Positions 1 through 9,606 are shown, counted from the first letter of the stretch. The stretch: DNA of 32,000 bases from Pyrodictium abyssi (GCF_036323395.1 NZ_AP028907.1:1440001-1472000), one strand, 5' to 3'. The notes: generated from the letters alone by a model not told the origin. Numbers and translations are program-made.

Positions 1-96
1 CTCGCTCCTTGATAGGCCGTGCTCCTGTGCTACTCTATCAAACTCCCGTAGCAGCTCCTGTGGGACGCGGACGTAGATGGCCGACGCTGTGCTCAA
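1..96 (-). CDS. Partial ribbon-helix-helix (CopG/MetJ-like) DNA-binding protein, N-terminus only, runs off the left edge
   Basis: Reverse-strand frame from TTG at 96 reads (M)STASAIYVRVPQELLREFDRVAQEHGLSRSE with an in-frame TGA just upstream. This is a typical RHH beta-strand plus helix. It is not in the supplied ORF track because it is truncated. Confidence 0.65.
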   Translation of the reverse strand, partial: MSTASAIYVRVPQELLREFDRVAQEHGLSRSE

Positions 97-289
97 GGAT
101 CAATCACCTATAATGTTTTCATTGCCTTCTTGCTCGGGTATAGAGGAGAGGGCAAACCCAATATATATCTTTTTTATACAAGCAGCGATCCAATGTCTTA
201 ACCCTTGTTTAAGATGCTGTGCTGGAGGCCGCCGACCTGGACGCAAAAATATAGGAGAACCGCGTGGACGCCGGTGCTGGGAGAGAGCC

Positions 290-496
290 ATGCCCGTGAG
301 CCGCAAGTACACGGCCTATAGGAAGGCGCTAGAACAGCTCAAGCTCCGCCAGCTAGACGTATTCAGGTACAAGGGCTACGACGAAATAAGAGTACTAACA
401 CCGGATAACAAGGTGGTATTGATAAAGCTGCCAAAACACCGCGAAGAAATGACCATCGACGAGTTCATAGAGCATGTAAAGAAGTCGATAGCTTGA
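290..496 (+). CDS. Small conserved-looking archaeal protein (68 aa); likely start is the internal ATG at 290, not 77
   Basis: MPVSRKYTAYRKALEQLKLRQLDVFRYKGYDEIRVLTPDNKVVLIKLPKHREEMTIDEFIEHVKKSIA looks protein-like, whereas the 71 residues upstream look like translated spacer and overlap the divergent RHH start. Confidence 0.6.
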   Translation: MPVSRKYTAYRKALEQLKLRQLDVFRYKGYDEIRVLTPDNKVVLIKLPKHREEMTIDEFIEHVKKSIA

Positions 497-549
497 TAAC
501 ATTCTAGCTAGCTTTATACCCCATTCTTCGACTCACTAACGCCTGGCTA

Positions 550-1560
550 TTACCACGCTGGGGCGGTCTTACCCTTCACCGCCCTACTGCTATCACGTGC
601 ATACCTTAAGCAATTTTGTATACCCTTCCGTGGTACTAGCTCTGGGCATCTCTCTATAGTGAAGCTGCACCTCCCCGACAAGTAGTCATCTAGGCTGCAG
701 GGCTCTACGCGTACACGGTTTTCCTGAAGGACGCAGCGGGGCCCCGCGTACCGGAATATCTCTGGGTGAATTTCCACGAGCTTGTCATAGACGTTCCATG
801 CCAGCATGCGTATCTCCCACTGAGCATGGCTACACATCCTAAGCGGTAGGAAGCTTTCAAGGAGCTCCCGCGCGTTCATGGTGAAGACTACCCGTGTACG
901 GACAGCATGTGGTAGCACAAACCGCGCGTCCTCTCTCGGTACTCCTTTGGCAAGCATCTCGTAGTAGGCAGCAGTAGCGTTGAGATGTATGCGTACCTGC
1001 TGGAGGACCGTGTCCATGCTCCACCTCGGGTTTATCACATAGGCTCTGCTAACAGCTGCCACAATCCCGTCAACATGTGCTCCGTTACTCTCCCCTGCCA
1101 GTATTTGCTGTACTGCGTCGGCAGCCCGGCTTAGAGCCATGCTGTAGATGCTGTAGTCTACACTACTGCCCGGCTTCTCCGGACAGTTAACCCCGAGTAT
1201 GCTGCATATCTCCAGCACCATGCTTCTCAAGAATCCTTCTGTATACCTCATACTCTGCTGTGTATAGCTTGCTATCCGGTGGCGAACGAGCTGGTGGCTA
1301 CATACACGGCTGCAGACAGCCTCGAAAGTGTACACGGCGTGCTCTAGGGGGCTTCCATGCCCTCTACGTACAAGTTCACGTATCCATTTCTCGATATCGC
1401 TAGGCTGCATTTCCCAGGCCTTTTCCACCGGCTTCTTCGAGACTGTTATCCTGGCAGCTGCAGCGGCAAGGCGCGGAGCGTCACGGGTATATGAGATAAG
1501 CTTGACGCTAACCGGCGGCGCGATAGATGCTCTGCTAGTCGTTGCCTCTAATAGAGGCAT
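550..1560 (-). CDS. thyX: Flavin-dependent thymidylate synthase ThyX
   Basis: ThyX signature RHRIASYTQQSMRY preceded by SPLEHAVYTFEAVCSR; 336 aa. Confidence 0.96.
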   Translation of the reverse strand: MPLLEATTSRASIAPPVSVKLISYTRDAPRLAAAAARITVSKKPVEKAWEMQPSDIEKWIRELVRRGHGSPLEHAVYTFEAVCSRVCSHQLVRHRIASYTQQSMRYTEGFLRSMVLEICSILGVNCPEKPGSSVDYSIYSMALSRAADAVQQILAGESNGAHVDGIVAAVSRAYVINPRWSMDTVLQQVRIHLNATAAYYEMLAKGVPREDARFVLPHAVRTRVVFTMNARELLESFLPLRMCSHAQWEIRMLAWNVYDKLVEIHPEIFRYAGPRCVLQENRVRVEPCSLDDYLSGRCSFTIERCPELVPRKGIQNCLRYARDSSRAVKGKTAPAW

Positions 1561-1679
1561 CTAGGCCCCGAAAAGTAGTACTGCAGTAAAACAGTGAGCG
1601 GAGAACTAAGACCCACGAGATAGTGATAAGCACCCTCACAGTTTTAATAGTGTATTCGCGGGGCTCGGCGTTACTACCC

Positions 1680-4676
1680 CTACATTTCGCATGTCTTACA
1701 TGTACTGTTCTCTGTGAGCTCTACTACTACCTCGCCCGTATCTGTTCGTGCTTCTTTTACCTCGAACAACTCCCTAGCTCTTCCATCCATCTCAAGCTCC
1801 TCTGGCCTAGCTCTTTTCCTTAAGTGCATCATCCTCATCTTCCGGCGTGGCTGCTCTTGGCTCTTCTTGCGCCGCCTTATAGGCTTGGTTGACAAGCTCT
1901 TCTGCTCGCCGCCGAAGTAGATTACCTGGAGGCCCTTGCTGCCGTCGCGGTAGACGGTTACACCCTTCAGGCCGCCCAGCCAGGCCACTAGGTAGGCGGT
2001 GAAGACCTCATCCCGTGTAGCCTCCTCCCTCAGGTTTATCGTCTTGCTTATAGCCTGGTCTACGTAGAGCTGGGCAGCCATCTGGTGGGCTAGGTGGTAC
2101 CACACGTCGAAGTCCATGCTCATCGTGAATAGTCTTGCCAGCCTTTCTATCTCGGCCAGGAGCCCGTTCATTATCCCCATCTGCATCAACTTGTCGCGTA
2201 TCTCATCCAGGGCCCAGCGGAGCGAGCCCTTATGTTTGCTGATCGTCTCGTAGACTAGTTTCACAGCTTCTTCTGGCGCCTTGTAGCGTGCAGCCGCCTC
2301 TAGTAGCTTCTCGCGGAACGGCCTCACCACCTCTAGGAACTCGCCGACCGCCACGACGCGCCTGTAGACGAGGGCGAAGTAGGGCTCTATGCCACTGCTG
2401 GTCCCAGCTATGATGCTTATTGTGCCCGTGGGGGCCACGGTTGTGGTGACCGTGTTCCTCGGGGCCTTGGCGCCTAGGAGGCGCCCGTAGCTCTTTAGCA
2501 GCTCCCATGCCGCTTGCGGCATCCATACTGCTAGCGCTAGTAGGTGCCTGGGACTGTTAGCCACCTTGACTGGGTGCAGCTTTAGCGCCTCCCATACGTG
2601 GCGCTTCTCTACCCCGAATACCTCGCGTGCTACACGCTCCAGCACGGGCTCCGGGACTAGCTTTATGCTGCCGTCTGGCTCAACCCTCTTCCGGGTCTCC
2701 CCGACGAGCTTTCCTCGTATCTCGTCTGGTATGCTCACCTTGTGGTACCGTATCTTCAGCCAGCCGTCTTCGAACCGGGCTACCTCAGCCGCCTTGAGTA
2801 GGGCCGGGGTATGCAGCTCTACTAGCTCCTCGGGCTCGCCCTTCTCTAGGCACTTCATGCTGCGCCAGTCCCAGCGCCTACACTCGAACGCGGGGGCGTG
2901 GCCCAGCTTGGCGCCTAGCTCCCAGCTACGCTTCCAGCTATAGACCTCCAGAGCCGCCATGACTATTAGGGTGAATGCTACAGCCTCCTCGCTATCATAT
3001 GGGTAGCCGAGCTTCGCGAGCGCGTCAGCTAGACCCATTATCCCTAGGCCTATCTTCCTTGTCAGCTTGTTGGCTGTATCCTGCCTAGGGTCAGGGTGGT
3101 TGTTGAGGTCTATGACAGCGTCCATGGCGCTTATTACCACTTGTACATCGTGCATGAATTTCTCTATGTCGAAGCGGCTGCCTACCACGTACTTCTCGAT
3201 GCTCATGCTGCCGAGGTTGCAGCTCTCAAACGGGTATAGTGGCTGCTCGCCGCAGGGGTTGGTGGCGTTAACCGCGCCGAGCCATGGAGTTGGGTTCCAC
3301 TTGTTGTGGTTGTCGGGTATGAAGAGTCCGGGGTCGCCGCCCGCCCACGCGTTTTCTACTATCTTGTCCCATATCCTGCGGGCCGGGTAGCGCCAAGCAT
3401 GAGGATTCTTGGTGTCGGGCTGTGTCTCCCAGCCAGTGTACCTGGCTTGCTCTCGGAGCGCTTCTAGGGCTTTCTTCTTAGCCTCCTCTACCACGTCCTC
3501 GTATATGTTGAGGTATGGATTGTCTAGCAGCCAGGGGTGTTTCTCTACAAGCTTGCCTACCCGGCCCGAGCCCGTAGCCCTGCTCACGCTATAGTGGATC
3601 CTGTAGACGCCAGCCTTGGGGTCGGCGCTGTACCTTGGGTTTACCATCCACCACTCCTTGTCCTCTAGCACAGCCTTCATGAATGAGTCGTTCACGCCCA
3701 CACTTATGTTGAAGTTGGTTATGTTGGCGTCCTGTAGCGGCGGCTCCTTTGCCTGTATGAAGCCCGCGTCTTCCACCGTGCTCCAGCCGCCACGTGTTAG
3801 TCTCTCTAGCATCTCCTTGACTGTACCGTCAACCTCGTATTCACCATCCTTCTCTATGGTGTCTACTATCTCTTTGAGCTGGCGTAGCAGGCCCTGGAGC
3901 TGTGGCGGTAGCTGGTTCCAGAGCGCCGCCCAGGGGTCGAAGTCTGGGTTGATTATGTCTGGATGCCATACATGCAGAATACCCATGTTTGCGCCGCGGC
4001 GCTTGCCGCCTTGCTTAACCATTTCCGTGACTACGTCGTATATCTGGATGAAGCTTAGAGGCCCAGAGGCGTAGCCACTGGTGCCCTTCACTATGTCCCA
4101 GCGGGGCCTGAGCTCTGAGAACGAGAAGCCCTGACCACCACCCCACTTGAAGGTCATGGCCTGGACTGTTGCTGCATCCATTATAGCGCGCATGTCATCG
4201 TAGACCGGGGTCACGTAGCATGCACTTAGAGTGCCTTTAGCCCCATTAGCGTACATGTTGAAGAGGGTTGGGGAGTTGAACATGAAGCGCCGGGTTACGA
4301 GTAGCCGGTACAGCTCTTCGGGGTCTACACGGCTCCGGAAGCCTAGCGCTACCCTCTTCATCACCATGCTGGGAGTCTCCATGAAGGCGCCGTACTCATT
4401 ACGGGTCATATACCTGGCCATGAGGACGCGGATGGCGTTGTAGGGGAAGCCTAGGTCGTCGACACAAGGCTCCTCACGCTTACCCTCTGCATACTCCTTC
4501 ACACATTCCGGTAGTGGTGCTAGGAGTCCACCATTGGGCGCCGTTTCCCGATAGCTACTAGCTATAGTAGGGTATATATCTGCGAGTAGGAGCCGCTTGG
4601 CCTCCTCTTCGGCCTCCGGCCGGTACAACGACTCCCTGATAAGTTCTAGCTGTTGCTTGTCGCTACTACCCGCCAC
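1680..4676 (-). CDS. nrdJ: Adenosylcobalamin-dependent (class II) ribonucleoside-diphosphate reductase
   Basis: Motifs NPCGEQPLYPFESCNLGS, GGGQGFSFSELRP, APTGTISIIAGTSSGIEP and C-terminal CKTCEM; 998 aa; no intein apparent. Confidence 0.95.
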   Translation of the reverse strand: MAGSSDKQQLELIRESLYRPEAEEEAKRLLLADIYPTIASSYRETAPNGGLLAPLPECVKEYAEGKREEPCVDDLGFPYNAIRVLMARYMTRNEYGAFMETPSMVMKRVALGFRSRVDPEELYRLLVTRRFMFNSPTLFNMYANGAKGTLSACYVTPVYDDMRAIMDAATVQAMTFKWGGGQGFSFSELRPRWDIVKGTSGYASGPLSFIQIYDVVTEMVKQGGKRRGANMGILHVWHPDIINPDFDPWAALWNQLPPQLQGLLRQLKEIVDTIEKDGEYEVDGTVKEMLERLTRGGWSTVEDAGFIQAKEPPLQDANITNFNISVGVNDSFMKAVLEDKEWWMVNPRYSADPKAGVYRIHYSVSRATGSGRVGKLVEKHPWLLDNPYLNIYEDVVEEAKKKALEALREQARYTGWETQPDTKNPHAWRYPARRIWDKIVENAWAGGDPGLFIPDNHNKWNPTPWLGAVNATNPCGEQPLYPFESCNLGSMSIEKYVVGSRFDIEKFMHDVQVVISAMDAVIDLNNHPDPRQDTANKLTRKIGLGIMGLADALAKLGYPYDSEEAVAFTLIVMAALEVYSWKRSWELGAKLGHAPAFECRRWDWRSMKCLEKGEPEELVELHTPALLKAAEVARFEDGWLKIRYHKVSIPDEIRGKLVGETRKRVEPDGSIKLVPEPVLERVAREVFGVEKRHVWEALKLHPVKVANSPRHLLALAVWMPQAAWELLKSYGRLLGAKAPRNTVTTTVAPTGTISIIAGTSSGIEPYFALVYRRVVAVGEFLEVVRPFREKLLEAAARYKAPEEAVKLVYETISKHKGSLRWALDEIRDKLMQMGIMNGLLAEIERLARLFTMSMDFDVWYHLAHQMAAQLYVDQAISKTINLREEATRDEVFTAYLVAWLGGLKGVTVYRDGSKGLQVIYFGGEQKSLSTKPIRRRKKSQEQPRRKMRMMHLRKRARPEELEMDGRARELFEVKEARTDTGEVVVELTENSTCKTCEM

Positions 4677-4904
4677 TATAGTGCACCCCTGCTATCCTAG
4701 GGCACGGTAGGGGTAGTCTAGCCCTGCCACAATTAGTGCCGTGTAATACTTCTTGAGTGCAGCACCTAGCACTGTTATGTCTTCTATACGCCCGTAATAT
4801 ACTCCAAGCTACTCTGCCACCATAGTCTAGGTATCACTTGGTCTTACCCCTGCCACTGCAGCCTGTCAGGGGTAGAACTAGCATGAAGGACTAGGTCTAC
4901 GGGG

Positions 4905-5348
4905 CTACATAAGGTAGATTATTATCTTATCGTATGGCTCCTCCTCGAAGTAGACCTTCCGCTTAGCCTGCATGTAGAGCATTACGTCCCGGCTTGTTAG
5001 CACAAAGTAGTCATAAAGGAAGCTAGCAGGCGTTATAACTGTAAGATATCTCTCGAACTCGAGATCCGTATAGACCACCTCAAAGTTGCCAATATAGTTC
5101 CTACCGACAATGTCCACGCGCGGCGCTTCCAGAGGCTTAAGCTCCTCGGCGAAACCTATGAAGAGCGTCTTCCTATTCCTATCTTCTACTTCCCTCTTGT
5201 AAGTGTACTTTGCCTCTATAGTGACGCTCCGCGGCTCAAACAGCAGCTCAGCGTTGGCAGCCCTTATCTCGAGGGCCTCCCTCATAACGCGTAGCTCTAG
5301 TGCACCACCGTTCCAGCGTACATAGAAGCTCTCACGCCTTACCATCAT
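4905..5348 (-). CDS. Hypothetical protein, 147 aa
   Basis: Uninterrupted ORF with protein-like composition in a strand-consistent context. Confidence 0.6.
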   Translation of the reverse strand: MMVRRESFYVRWNGGALELRVMREALEIRAANAELLFEPRSVTIEAKYTYKREVEDRNRKTLFIGFAEELKPLEAPRVDIVGRNYIGNFEVVYTDLEFERYLTVITPASFLYDYFVLTSRDVMLYMQAKRKVYFEEEPYDKIIIYLM

Positions 5349-5428
5349 TCATCCTCCTGCGTGAACCTTCCCTTTACGTCCAGGGCTCTAGGAGCCTGCG
5401 GGTCTTCCCTAATAGCGCCTTGGTGTTC

Positions 5429-6268
5429 CTAGGCCTCGTTTTCCCCATCGGGTATCTCTAGTAGCCTCTGTAGCTCCGCAGCCAGCATTCTTGCCGCGAC
5501 CGACGGCGGCAGAGCAGTGTCCTCTTTACGGTATACCGTAGGCGCTTTTACACGCATGCCTATACCGTCCCTTATCTCTATCTCGTGCATGCGGAGGCTG
5601 TGCTCCGTTTGCCTCATCTTTTCTATTATTACGTAGCGTCTAAGCTCTCCCCTTACGACAGACTTTCTAAACCTTATGATGCCGTCAGCCACGTGCTCTA
5701 TGCCGAAGCCGAAGCCAAGGCTCGTGGTGACGGCGTACTGGCTTATGAGCAGGGCCGTGAAGTCCCAGCGGTATAGGACCCGTTTAACGTAGTAGCTGTA
5801 TTTCCTGGCCATTGCCGGCTTGTCCAGCCAGAAGGCCGACATAGAGTCTACAACTAGGCGTGCCCTACCGTAGCCTAGGTACCTTTTCGCCTCTATTACC
5901 TTGTTGACCAGCGTCTCTACATCTAGCTCTGGAATACTCCATGGGTCGTCTCGTTTACCCATTAGCGCGTCTATTATGACAAGCTTGCCGTCGCGGATAG
6001 CTTTCTCGAAGTCGAATCCGAACATTGCTGCTTGCTTTATTATGCTCTCCTTTGACTCCTCGGTTGTCACGTAGATGTTTTTGTCCCCCTGCCGTATACC
6101 CTCGGCTATAAAGTGGATTGAGAATATCGTCTTACCTGTGCCGGGCTCGCCCACGACCGCGACGAAGAAGCCTCGGGGTATACCTCCCTGTATGAGTTTG
6201 TCGAAGCCAGGCACTCCCGTCGGTAATCGTTCTATCTCCACCTTCAATACTACCACGACACCCCACAC
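5429..6268 (-). CDS. Single-domain KaiC/RadA-like RecA-superfamily ATPase
   Basis: LPTGVPGFDKLIQGGIPRGFFVAVVGEPGTGKTIFSIHFIAEG (Walker A) plus KNIYVTTEES and ARLVVDSMSAF (Walker B-like). Confidence 0.9.
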   Translation of the reverse strand: MWGVVVVLKVEIERLPTGVPGFDKLIQGGIPRGFFVAVVGEPGTGKTIFSIHFIAEGIRQGDKNIYVTTEESKESIIKQAAMFGFDFEKAIRDGKLVIIDALMGKRDDPWSIPELDVETLVNKVIEAKRYLGYGRARLVVDSMSAFWLDKPAMARKYSYYVKRVLYRWDFTALLISQYAVTTSLGFGFGIEHVADGIIRFRKSVVRGELRRYVIIEKMRQTEHSLRMHEIEIRDGIGMRVKAPTVYRKEDTALPPSVAARMLAAELQRLLEIPDGENEA

Positions 6269-6374
6269 GCCATGAAGGCCGAAGAAGCGCCGGGTCGTCG
6301 CAGCAGTACTATGTTGCTGGGCCCCAGCACCCTCTACGTATTGTCTGGCTGGAGACTGGCTAATCTATACTGTC

Positions 6375-6767
6375 CTAGGCGGGGCCCGGGCAGCCCCTAT
6401 CGTCGCGGTAGTAGGAGCAATAGCCTGTGGCCGTGCACGCCTCTACAAGCACTAGGCGCAACTGGCGCCCAATACTGGCTAGCTTGTTGGCTAGGCACTC
6501 GTATATTCTGCTGACTAGCACCTCTGCTGTTGCGTCTCTTACTCCTAGCACCTCGTTTAGATACACGTGGTCGAGCTCTCCGGTGCACTCGCTGAGGAGT
6601 CTCTCGAGCACGTAGTGGTCGACTACTGTATTGTCGCTGCCCAGGGGGCCTTCAACGCACACCCGTAGCCTATAGTCGTGGCCATGCAGCGAGGCCGCGG
6701 AGCCTCCAAGGCTTTCAACGCGGAGAGCAGCCGATATCCAGGTTGACACGCAGACACCCAGTACCAT
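6375..6767 (-). CDS. Divergent 6-pyruvoyl-tetrahydropterin synthase/QueD-family protein
   Basis: SLHGHDYRLRVCVEG, LDHVYLNEV and a C-terminal VEAC strand match the PTPS/QueD fold pattern; the first zinc His and catalytic Cys appear substituted. Confidence 0.7.
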   Translation of the reverse strand: MVLGVCVSTWISAALRVESLGGSAASLHGHDYRLRVCVEGPLGSDNTVVDHYVLERLLSECTGELDHVYLNEVLGVRDATAEVLVSRIYECLANKLASIGRQLRLVLVEACTATGYCSYYRDDRGCPGPA

Positions 6768-6873
6768 TACGCATCCCTTCTATGCCGCGTCTCTGAAGGC
6801 CCGGCTCTACGTCTACCCGTGATACCGCGTGCTAGCCGGGGGTGAGCCTCTTAGCTGCTAGCATGCCTGGAGC

Positions 6874-7383
6874 GTGCACAGAGGGGCGGCAGTGGCGCTT
6901 CCGGGTATATATGCTGCTGCGTATCTACTCGCGGGGCCGGCTCGGGGCCAGGTACAGCCTGCTGGAGTCGATCTGCGCGTGGGAGAGGTACACGTTTTCC
7001 GGGAATCAGGGTACCTTGGCGCCGAGGGCCGGAGGATACCCGCCTCGGAGCCACTAGAGCCGGAGGGTGGTGCTTGGCTCCTTAGCCCCGGCTTCTACAA
7101 GGCGGTCTTCATGGACGCGGTCCACATCCCGGAGAATACTGTTGCTACCTGCTTTCCCCGTAGCAGCTTGCTACGCATGGGCGCGTTACTGGGATGCGCT
7201 GTATGGGACCCCGGGTACCGTGGTAGGGGCGAAGCCTTGCTCGTTGTCGGTAACCCGCACGGGATCCGGATAGAGGTCGGGGCCCGGATAGCCCAGCTCG
7301 TGTTCATAAGGCTCTACCCACAGCTCGGCGAAAGGTATAGCGGTGTATACCAGGGCGAGAGGCTAGCGAGAGAGCAGGTCTAG
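6874..7383 (+). CDS. dCTP deaminase/dUTPase-superfamily protein
   Basis: QPAGVDLRVGEV, FPRSSLLRMG, WDPGYRGRGE and RIAQLVF...YSGVYQGE follow the Dcd/Dut trimeric fold motif order. Exact start uncertain (GTG at 6874). Confidence 0.8.
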   Translation: MHRGAAVALPGIYAAAYLLAGPARGQVQPAGVDLRVGEVHVFRESGYLGAEGRRIPASEPLEPEGGAWLLSPGFYKAVFMDAVHIPENTVATCFPRSSLLRMGALLGCAVWDPGYRGRGEALLVVGNPHGIRIEVGARIAQLVFIRLYPQLGERYSGVYQGERLAREQV

Positions 7384-9486
7384 AACCTTCTCAAAGAATT
7401 CTCGTTCGCTTTTCCTCCTGGACTTCCTCAACAGCTTAGTCACTATGAGCTCGGGGGTGGAGCGGGCTAGGTAGTTGTACCGCGGGCTCCGGTCTACTAT
7501 GAGGTTGTAGTTCTCGTCGAGCCCGCGGGCTTCTATACCGTCTATCCTTACCCGGGCTCTTAGCTCCGGGGGTATAGCCTCAACGACCTCCCCGGCAAGG
7601 TGGCTAACTATTACTGCTACCGAGTCCCGGCTCTCTGCTATCGACGATGCTATAGCGGCTACTATCCGGGCTGCCGCGTGTGCCTCCGTTATTGCCTCTA
7701 GCTCGTCTACTAGCAGTAGTACGCGCTTCCGTTGCGCCTCCTCTACTATCGCTGCTATCTTTTTCAGCGTCTCCTCTAGCCCTCCAGCGTCGAGCATACC
7801 TGTCGGCTTCGAGATAAAGTATACGCGGTCAAAGCCGCCTACCCACGCCCTTGAGGCCAGTACTGGTAGGCCGGCCTGGCCCGCGAGGACTATCTCGCCT
7901 ATAGTCTTCAGCAACGTGGTCTTACCACCACTATTGGCCCCCGTGAGGAGCACAACCCTTTCACAGTTGGTGCCTTCTGGCCTGTAAGGCGTGCAGCCTA
8001 CTACGTAGCTTACCGGCTGGACCTCTACCCCGGCGGCAAGGAGGCCTGCCTCGGCTGCGTCGGTGAACCCGACCCCCGTGAACCCGCGGCTAACCTCAGC
8101 AATGGAGCCGCGTCTTTCCTCTATGAAGCTGCTGGCAGCAAGCGCTATGTCTGTCCAAGCTAGTATCTCGGCCATTGTAGGCAGTAGTTCTACTAGCCGG
8201 CTAAGCCTGCGCGCGTGCTCCCTTGAGAACATGTACACGCTGAGGCTTATTCTACGCTCTAGGTGCTTCCGGAGCCTCTCTATGGGTTCCCTCTGCACCT
8301 CTATAGGGAACTGGGGTCTAGGCTCCACTACGCCGCGTATTAGCTCCCGCTCCTCTGGCCCCAGGCCAAGCATATGGGCAAGCTTCTCCTCGGCCTCGAC
8401 ACTAATCTCCTCAAATATCTCCAGGAGCTCGTCCGGTATATGCAGGTGCCCCTCCTCTAGCGAGTGTATTAGACGCAGGAACTCTGCCGCGCTTAGGCGT
8501 AGCTCTCGCTCCTCGAGACGGCGCCTGGCCTCTTCATTCACCCAGACTTCGAGGTCTGACACAGCGGACTCTAGGCTCTTTACCGCCGTGAGCGCGTGCC
8601 AGTACTCTGGGTCTATGTCGCCTTTTTCGAGCCGTTCTAGCACGCTCTGCGCGTCTCTGGCTAGCCTGGCTATCTCGTCCACAGTAGCCTGCTTAACGCC
8701 TATAGCCTCGGAGACCTCTACCACGAGGCTCCGTGCCACGGTGTAGACCCTGGCGAATGACTCGATGAGCTTCATGTTCTGGCGCAGCGTCTCAAGGACA
8801 GCCTCCGGGGCCACGGTGTACTTGTCGAGCCTATCTATCTCCACTACACCAGGCCTGCCAGCAGCATCAACCATGTACGCTAGCACTATGCCCTGTTCCG
8901 GCACATCGTCTATAGACTCGGCCTCAACGATGGTTATCCCAGATACATCGCTGCCCAGTATTTCCCGGAGCCTGTCCCCCTGGCCACGGGGCACGACGAC
9001 CACGCGCTCCACATGGACTCTAGGCCTTCTAGGCCACTCTACGCGCGAAAGAGCCTCCCTCACCGCAGCCTTCGCATCCCCCGAGACCTTGGACGCTGCC
9101 TCGACTAGTCTCCTGGTTTTTCTCAGCACTCTCTCTATTTCGGCCTCCACCCGTCCAGGCACAGGCGCCAGGGACGAAACCAGGTCCCTGCCAGGCGCCG
9201 ACGCTATGTGGCCAGCTAGTAGGCGGGCAACGGCCTCGAATAGTCTGGCCGCGTCAGCTGTCCCGACAACCTCTCCAGGATCATAGCCTCCCAGCGCCCC
9301 ACGGGCCTGCTGCACGAGCCGAACCGCTCTACGGGTGGAGGAGACGGCCTCGGCTACACTCGCTACTTGGCCGCGTAGCAGTGCTTCTAGAGCTTTCTCT
9401 TCCGAGCCAAAGTACTCTACGAGTTTTTCGTAGATCCGCTCGCCGACGCCTGGTATGTCGCGTAGTCTTAGCCTCTGCCTACCCAT
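7363..9486 (-). CDS. MutS/MutS2-like ATPase with N-terminal helix-hairpin-helix
   Basis: TGANSGGKTTLLKTIGEIVLAGQAGLPV Walker A, RVLLLVDELEAIT Walker B, VIVSHLAGEV; N-terminal LRDIPGVGERIYEKLVEYFG HhH. No Smr domain visible. Confidence 0.88.
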   Translation of the reverse strand: MGRQRLRLRDIPGVGERIYEKLVEYFGSEEKALEALLRGQVASVAEAVSSTRRAVRLVQQARGALGGYDPGEVVGTADAARLFEAVARLLAGHIASAPGRDLVSSLAPVPGRVEAEIERVLRKTRRLVEAASKVSGDAKAAVREALSRVEWPRRPRVHVERVVVVPRGQGDRLREILGSDVSGITIVEAESIDDVPEQGIVLAYMVDAAGRPGVVEIDRLDKYTVAPEAVLETLRQNMKLIESFARVYTVARSLVVEVSEAIGVKQATVDEIARLARDAQSVLERLEKGDIDPEYWHALTAVKSLESAVSDLEVWVNEEARRRLEERELRLSAAEFLRLIHSLEEGHLHIPDELLEIFEEISVEAEEKLAHMLGLGPEERELIRGVVEPRPQFPIEVQREPIERLRKHLERRISLSVYMFSREHARRLSRLVELLPTMAEILAWTDIALAASSFIEERRGSIAEVSRGFTGVGFTDAAEAGLLAAGVEVQPVSYVVGCTPYRPEGTNCERVVLLTGANSGGKTTLLKTIGEIVLAGQAGLPVLASRAWVGGFDRVYFISKPTGMLDAGGLEETLKKIAAIVEEAQRKRVLLLVDELEAITEAHAAARIVAAIASSIAESRDSVAVIVSHLAGEVVEAIPPELRARVRIDGIEARGLDENYNLIVDRSPRYNYLARSTPELIVTKLLRKSRRKSEREFFEKVLDLLSR

Positions 9487-9606
9487 TGTCTAGCTTCTCC
9501 TCCCCGTGGCTCCCCTACACTGTGCCCCGGCATAGCCGGCTCTAATGATGCTGCCTAGACACCGTTTTTATAGCTGGGTAATTCTTGGAGCGGCTGGGTG
9601 AGATAA

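Noticed and set aside
77-289. N-terminal 71 residues of the 77..496 ORF
   Set aside because: Cys/Pro/Arg-rich, not protein-like, and overlaps the divergent RHH gene start; ATG 290 is a better start.
2230-4443. Several + and - strand ORFs opposite or overlapping nrdJ (98-152 aa)
   Set aside because: Serine/leucine-rich antisense shadow ORFs of a clear RNR coding sequence.
8063-9286. Plus-strand ORFs of 227 and 173 aa inside the MutS-like gene
   Set aside because: Serine-rich antisense reading of a strongly supported minus-strand gene, typical of high-GC third codon positions.
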